Source: Paragordius varius
Taxonomy: Eukaryota > Animalia > Nematomorpha
DNA: 64,000 nucleotides
Direction: 5' to 3'
Assembly: GCA_964247055.1 (NCBI GenBank)
Contig: OZ176050.1
Span: forward strand, 9,362,001-9,426,000
The position numbers were made by a program, and so were the translations under genes. Positions 60,341 to 64,000 of the stretch are shown in pieces (position 1 is the first letter of the stretch; every line of letters starts with the position of its first letter). Under the pieces are notes generated by a model. It worked only from the letters and a program-made list of their open reading frames with translations. It did not search any database and had not been told where the DNA came from.

Positions 60341-63300
60341 TATAAATTTTTGTTTGCAGAGGTTTATTCCGTTCTGAGGTCATTAACGAAGATTAGGCCA
60401 ATATAATTTTATAAGGAATACGCTCAACGCAGTGCATACAAAATCAATGTATGTCAAGAATCTTATAGAGAGTTCAGTTTTGTCAGGGCTTACGAGTTTA
60501 TAAAACAGTTTCAATTTTTACCGAGATTGTTTGAAATCGAAAAACATGCAAAAAAATTGTAAATAACTAAATGCATCAATCCAAAAATGTTGTTAATATA
60601 TATAAAATAAACATTTTTTAGATATAATATTAATATTTTGTATGGGGTCCGATGAAACCTGTTGTAATGAGCTAATGTCCTTAAAAGTAACGCAAAAACC
60701 GAGATCGATCCATAAATTATTACTATCTGCTATATTTTAACTACTACTAAATCATTGTTTGGAAAAAAACTACTTAAAATCAAATATAGCAAAACGTTGT
60801 TGAAATGTACGTAAAGTTTGAAGCATATATATTTTATATATATATAGACTTTAAAAATGTCTCGCACCTTTTCTCATATAGTAAATATAACGATTATACG
60901 GACAAAACGTAAAAATATAAAGACAAATATTATTTTTTAAACGACAATCATAATTTTTTTATCTCGATTTTTTTAAATACAAACCATTGTTTAAAATTGC
61001 AAAGGTATCTCAATCAATTACATGTATACAATAATAATAATAATCTATACAAAAAAAATTATGGTTTAAAGAAGTATGGCTTTCTCTGAATAAAATATTT
61101 TTATATTTTTGGCCTGTATAATTTTATTTTTCACTATAATTTGGCGCTAGAAATTTCTAACGTCAAAATTTATTTGATACAATTTTTTTTGTATTGTCTT
61201 TTAAAAATCGTAATAAGATCTGGCGGCGAATCAATCCTTTACAAGGTTTTAGATGTGTTAACGACATTGAATTATACATTTTCGAAAAAATATTTAGCCA
61301 ATTTTTTTAATAATGAGCATTTACTGTAAAATTAATACAACTCACTAATGAGTTGTAATATAACGTACAATACTCCGATAGAACATAATCCATATATTTT
61401 TAATGACCCACAATTATGGGTACATGTAATTTAAGTAGTTAAGTGTAAATTACAGCAGGCAGTATATATTGAGAAAGAAATCATTATTTAAGTCTATTTT
61501 TAAATTTGTTGTTTTACTTTTAATTACTTTTTAGAGTAGTTTTCTATTCTAGGCAATTCAAAATATATTATATTGTATGTTAAAGTCGTTGTGGATTTAA
61601 AACTTTTTTGTAAGTGAATGTGCTCCAATTTGGCCTGTTTCATGTTAGGGATATAAGATTTTACAATGAAAAGTGTGTGTTTTGAATTAGATATTCTGAC
61701 CAGCGCATTTTACAATGGGCGTGCTTCCGTTTTCTTTCCACATTACCTGTCATTAACTGATTTTCCAAATTTAGTGCCTTAAGGCTGTGTTCAAAATACG
61801 ATAACTTTAATTTAATGGCCGGGTATTAAAGCCATTGTATGTTTTATTTTTTCGAAAACTACTGATTTTTTTATTTTGTCTCTTGTAGGGCTTTCCAACA
61901 ACCCATCATAGTTCAAATGAGTTTATAAAACGCTCATCGTTTTTTTTCATGGCCAAGCTTTCGATTAATGCATTGATTAATCTGATTCATGGGACTTTCC
62001 TATTTCATCATATTTTGTTATATTATTTATCGGAATTCGTCGCTACAAAAAATCCGTTTTTTAAATAATTGCGTTTCGCCTCCATTTTTTAACCACAAGA
62101 TATTGTTCTTCTCGGATAAATCTAAACATTTTTATGAATCAAATAAAAGAGAATTCAAAAGAAGCATTGTAATAAACATTACAAAAAGGTAAAATTAAAT
62201 TTTTGTCATAAATATTTGGGTATCCCTGTTCCTGAATGGTTCCAAAATTTATGGTTTCAAATTTTCTGCATTAACGCACTTTGATTTGATCAATGAAACT
62301 AAAATATTAATGTCTAGTTACTCGTATCAGTTACAAAATATGTATGAGGAAGAAACACAATATATGAGTAGAAGATATTTTCTATATTAATATTTTAGAT
62401 TTTCTGTTCTAAAAATATTATTAAGGTACAGAGTGACAAATTTAACCAAATAAACAATTTATAGAAATTACCACAGCTTATATTAAAATATAATACAAAT
62501 AGAAAGTGGGTTAAAAGTCATTAAAAATATCAAAAACTGGTTTGAGATGCCAATAAGTAGGTTCTGGTTTTATTCGATAAACAATCCAGTTTTCACTCAC
62601 ATATTATTAACTTTGGTTTTTGTTCAAAAAATATACTGTATTAAACGAAAATTTACAAATAAATAAATTTTTATATATATTACACCAATATATGAAAAAA
62701 GACCTTTATTTAATTAGTTTGGACCGCACGTTTAAACTGGCTTCATAAAGAAAAAACTTTGTTGTCTCTTGGTCAACATTGGTAGTTTTACAGGTTGTTT
62801 AAAATGATGAAAACATCATATAACCAATCAACCAATAAAACTTAAAAAGTAGTCAATAACAGAATATAGATTTCATCCTATTTCACTTTTTCGTAATTTA
62901 TATAAATCAATTTTACACAAATGTATAAAACAATGAAACCTATTTGGCAATATACTATCATATCAAACAACCTATTACTACATGTTGCTTACATAATATT
63001 ACCATATGCGCTAAGTCAATATTTGAGCTGGCAAAAATAGGGCATGAGAAACCCCTTTCCCTTCCTCATTAATAGCTATTTTTATACAACTTAACTTATG
63101 TATACTTCTCTCACGTGTAAATATATAATTAAAATATACATGTATTTCTTGTTTAAATGTGTTGGTATCTGTTTATTATATAATTTGTTAATGTAAAAAA
63201 TAAAAATTGTGTTTTTATCAATCGTTAATTTATTTGGAAATTTATTATTTGTTAAACCTGTATCGTAAATATTTAAGTTACTTGGTCAATATTCATCAAA

Positions 63301-64000
63301 AGTTGCTGTGAAAAACTATAAAAATTATAATCTGATATATTATGACTCATTTATTATGAGTCAATATTAATGTTTAAAATTAGATAATTTTATCATGATT
63401 TAATTTGTGATTAATTAGGAATGTTGCGACCAACAATTGATTCCTCTTACGTTAAATTTTTCACATCGGCTCATATTATATGGTCTGATAACTAAGACTA
63501 AGTTTAGCAAGTATAATTTTTGCATTAACAAGTCCTTTATAATCAATCAATTTTTTCTTTTTTACCATGTATGTGGGTGAATTTACATATGTTTTACCTT
63601 TCCGCCGTTGTTACTTTAAAAAAAAATGTACGTATTAGCGCAAGGTTTTAAACTACCAATCAGCAATAGACACAACACAACATACTTTAAGAAATTTATA
63701 CGTGTTTGAACCAATTTCCGTAGCTCTTAAAAATCCTGAGCTTGCAGAAATTAGCAATTTGGTTGGCTAGTATTCATCGCATAACTATTATTATTATTAT
63801 TGATATTAATCATTTATGTATTTAACACGTTGTTTTCACCTTTCTGATAAATAATAATATAATTATTTTGAACATATAATACATACATATATATATAATA
63901 GTGTGTAGGTATGAAAATAAAACAGATTTTTAAGTAAATATTGATTTACGTCGTTGACTCTATTCATCTATCTATCTATCTATAAGATTATATATATTAT

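Noticed and set aside
60350-64000. Short ORFs (61141-61329, 61989-62192) and scattered GC-richer patches
   Set aside because: No recognisable motifs or consistent splice chain. A short-exon gene cannot be excluded without RNA data, but I cannot support one.
1-64000. tRNA, rRNA, snRNA genes, CRISPR arrays and prokaryotic operons
   Set aside because: No cloverleaf, rRNA-like, Sm-site snRNA or repeat-spacer pattern recognised, and the gene structure is eukaryotic.

Overview
Strongly AT-rich, intron-containing animal genomic DNA, probably invertebrate (taxon not determinable from the sequence), read with the standard code. I recognised no rRNA, tRNA or CRISPR array. Five host genes were reconstructed by hand from GT-AG exons with consistent phases: a monofunctional copper monooxygenase PHM (+, 4330-9194, missed entirely by the ORF track), SF3B4 (-, 20555-23536), RRP9/U3-55K (+, 23582-27887), an unidentified ~338-aa helical protein (-, 28416-33009) and a ~1965-aa ECT2 RhoGEF (-, 34421-52907). 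Transposon content includes a Buster-type hAT apparently nested in a piggyBac, two copies of a second hAT family (one complete with TSD, carrying a nested Chapaev-like element and an inverted fragment of its own transposase), a mariner relic and several MITEs. The most striking observations are: five consecutive 22-25 nt GT-AG introns at the 5' end of RRP9 and a 28-nt intron in PHM, in genes whose other introns are 61 nt to ~3 kb; only 45 bp between the divergent SF3B4 and RRP9 start codons; the self-antisense hAT; and a hammerhead-ribozyme relic in an intron. Homology calls rest on motifs I recall, not on database searches.
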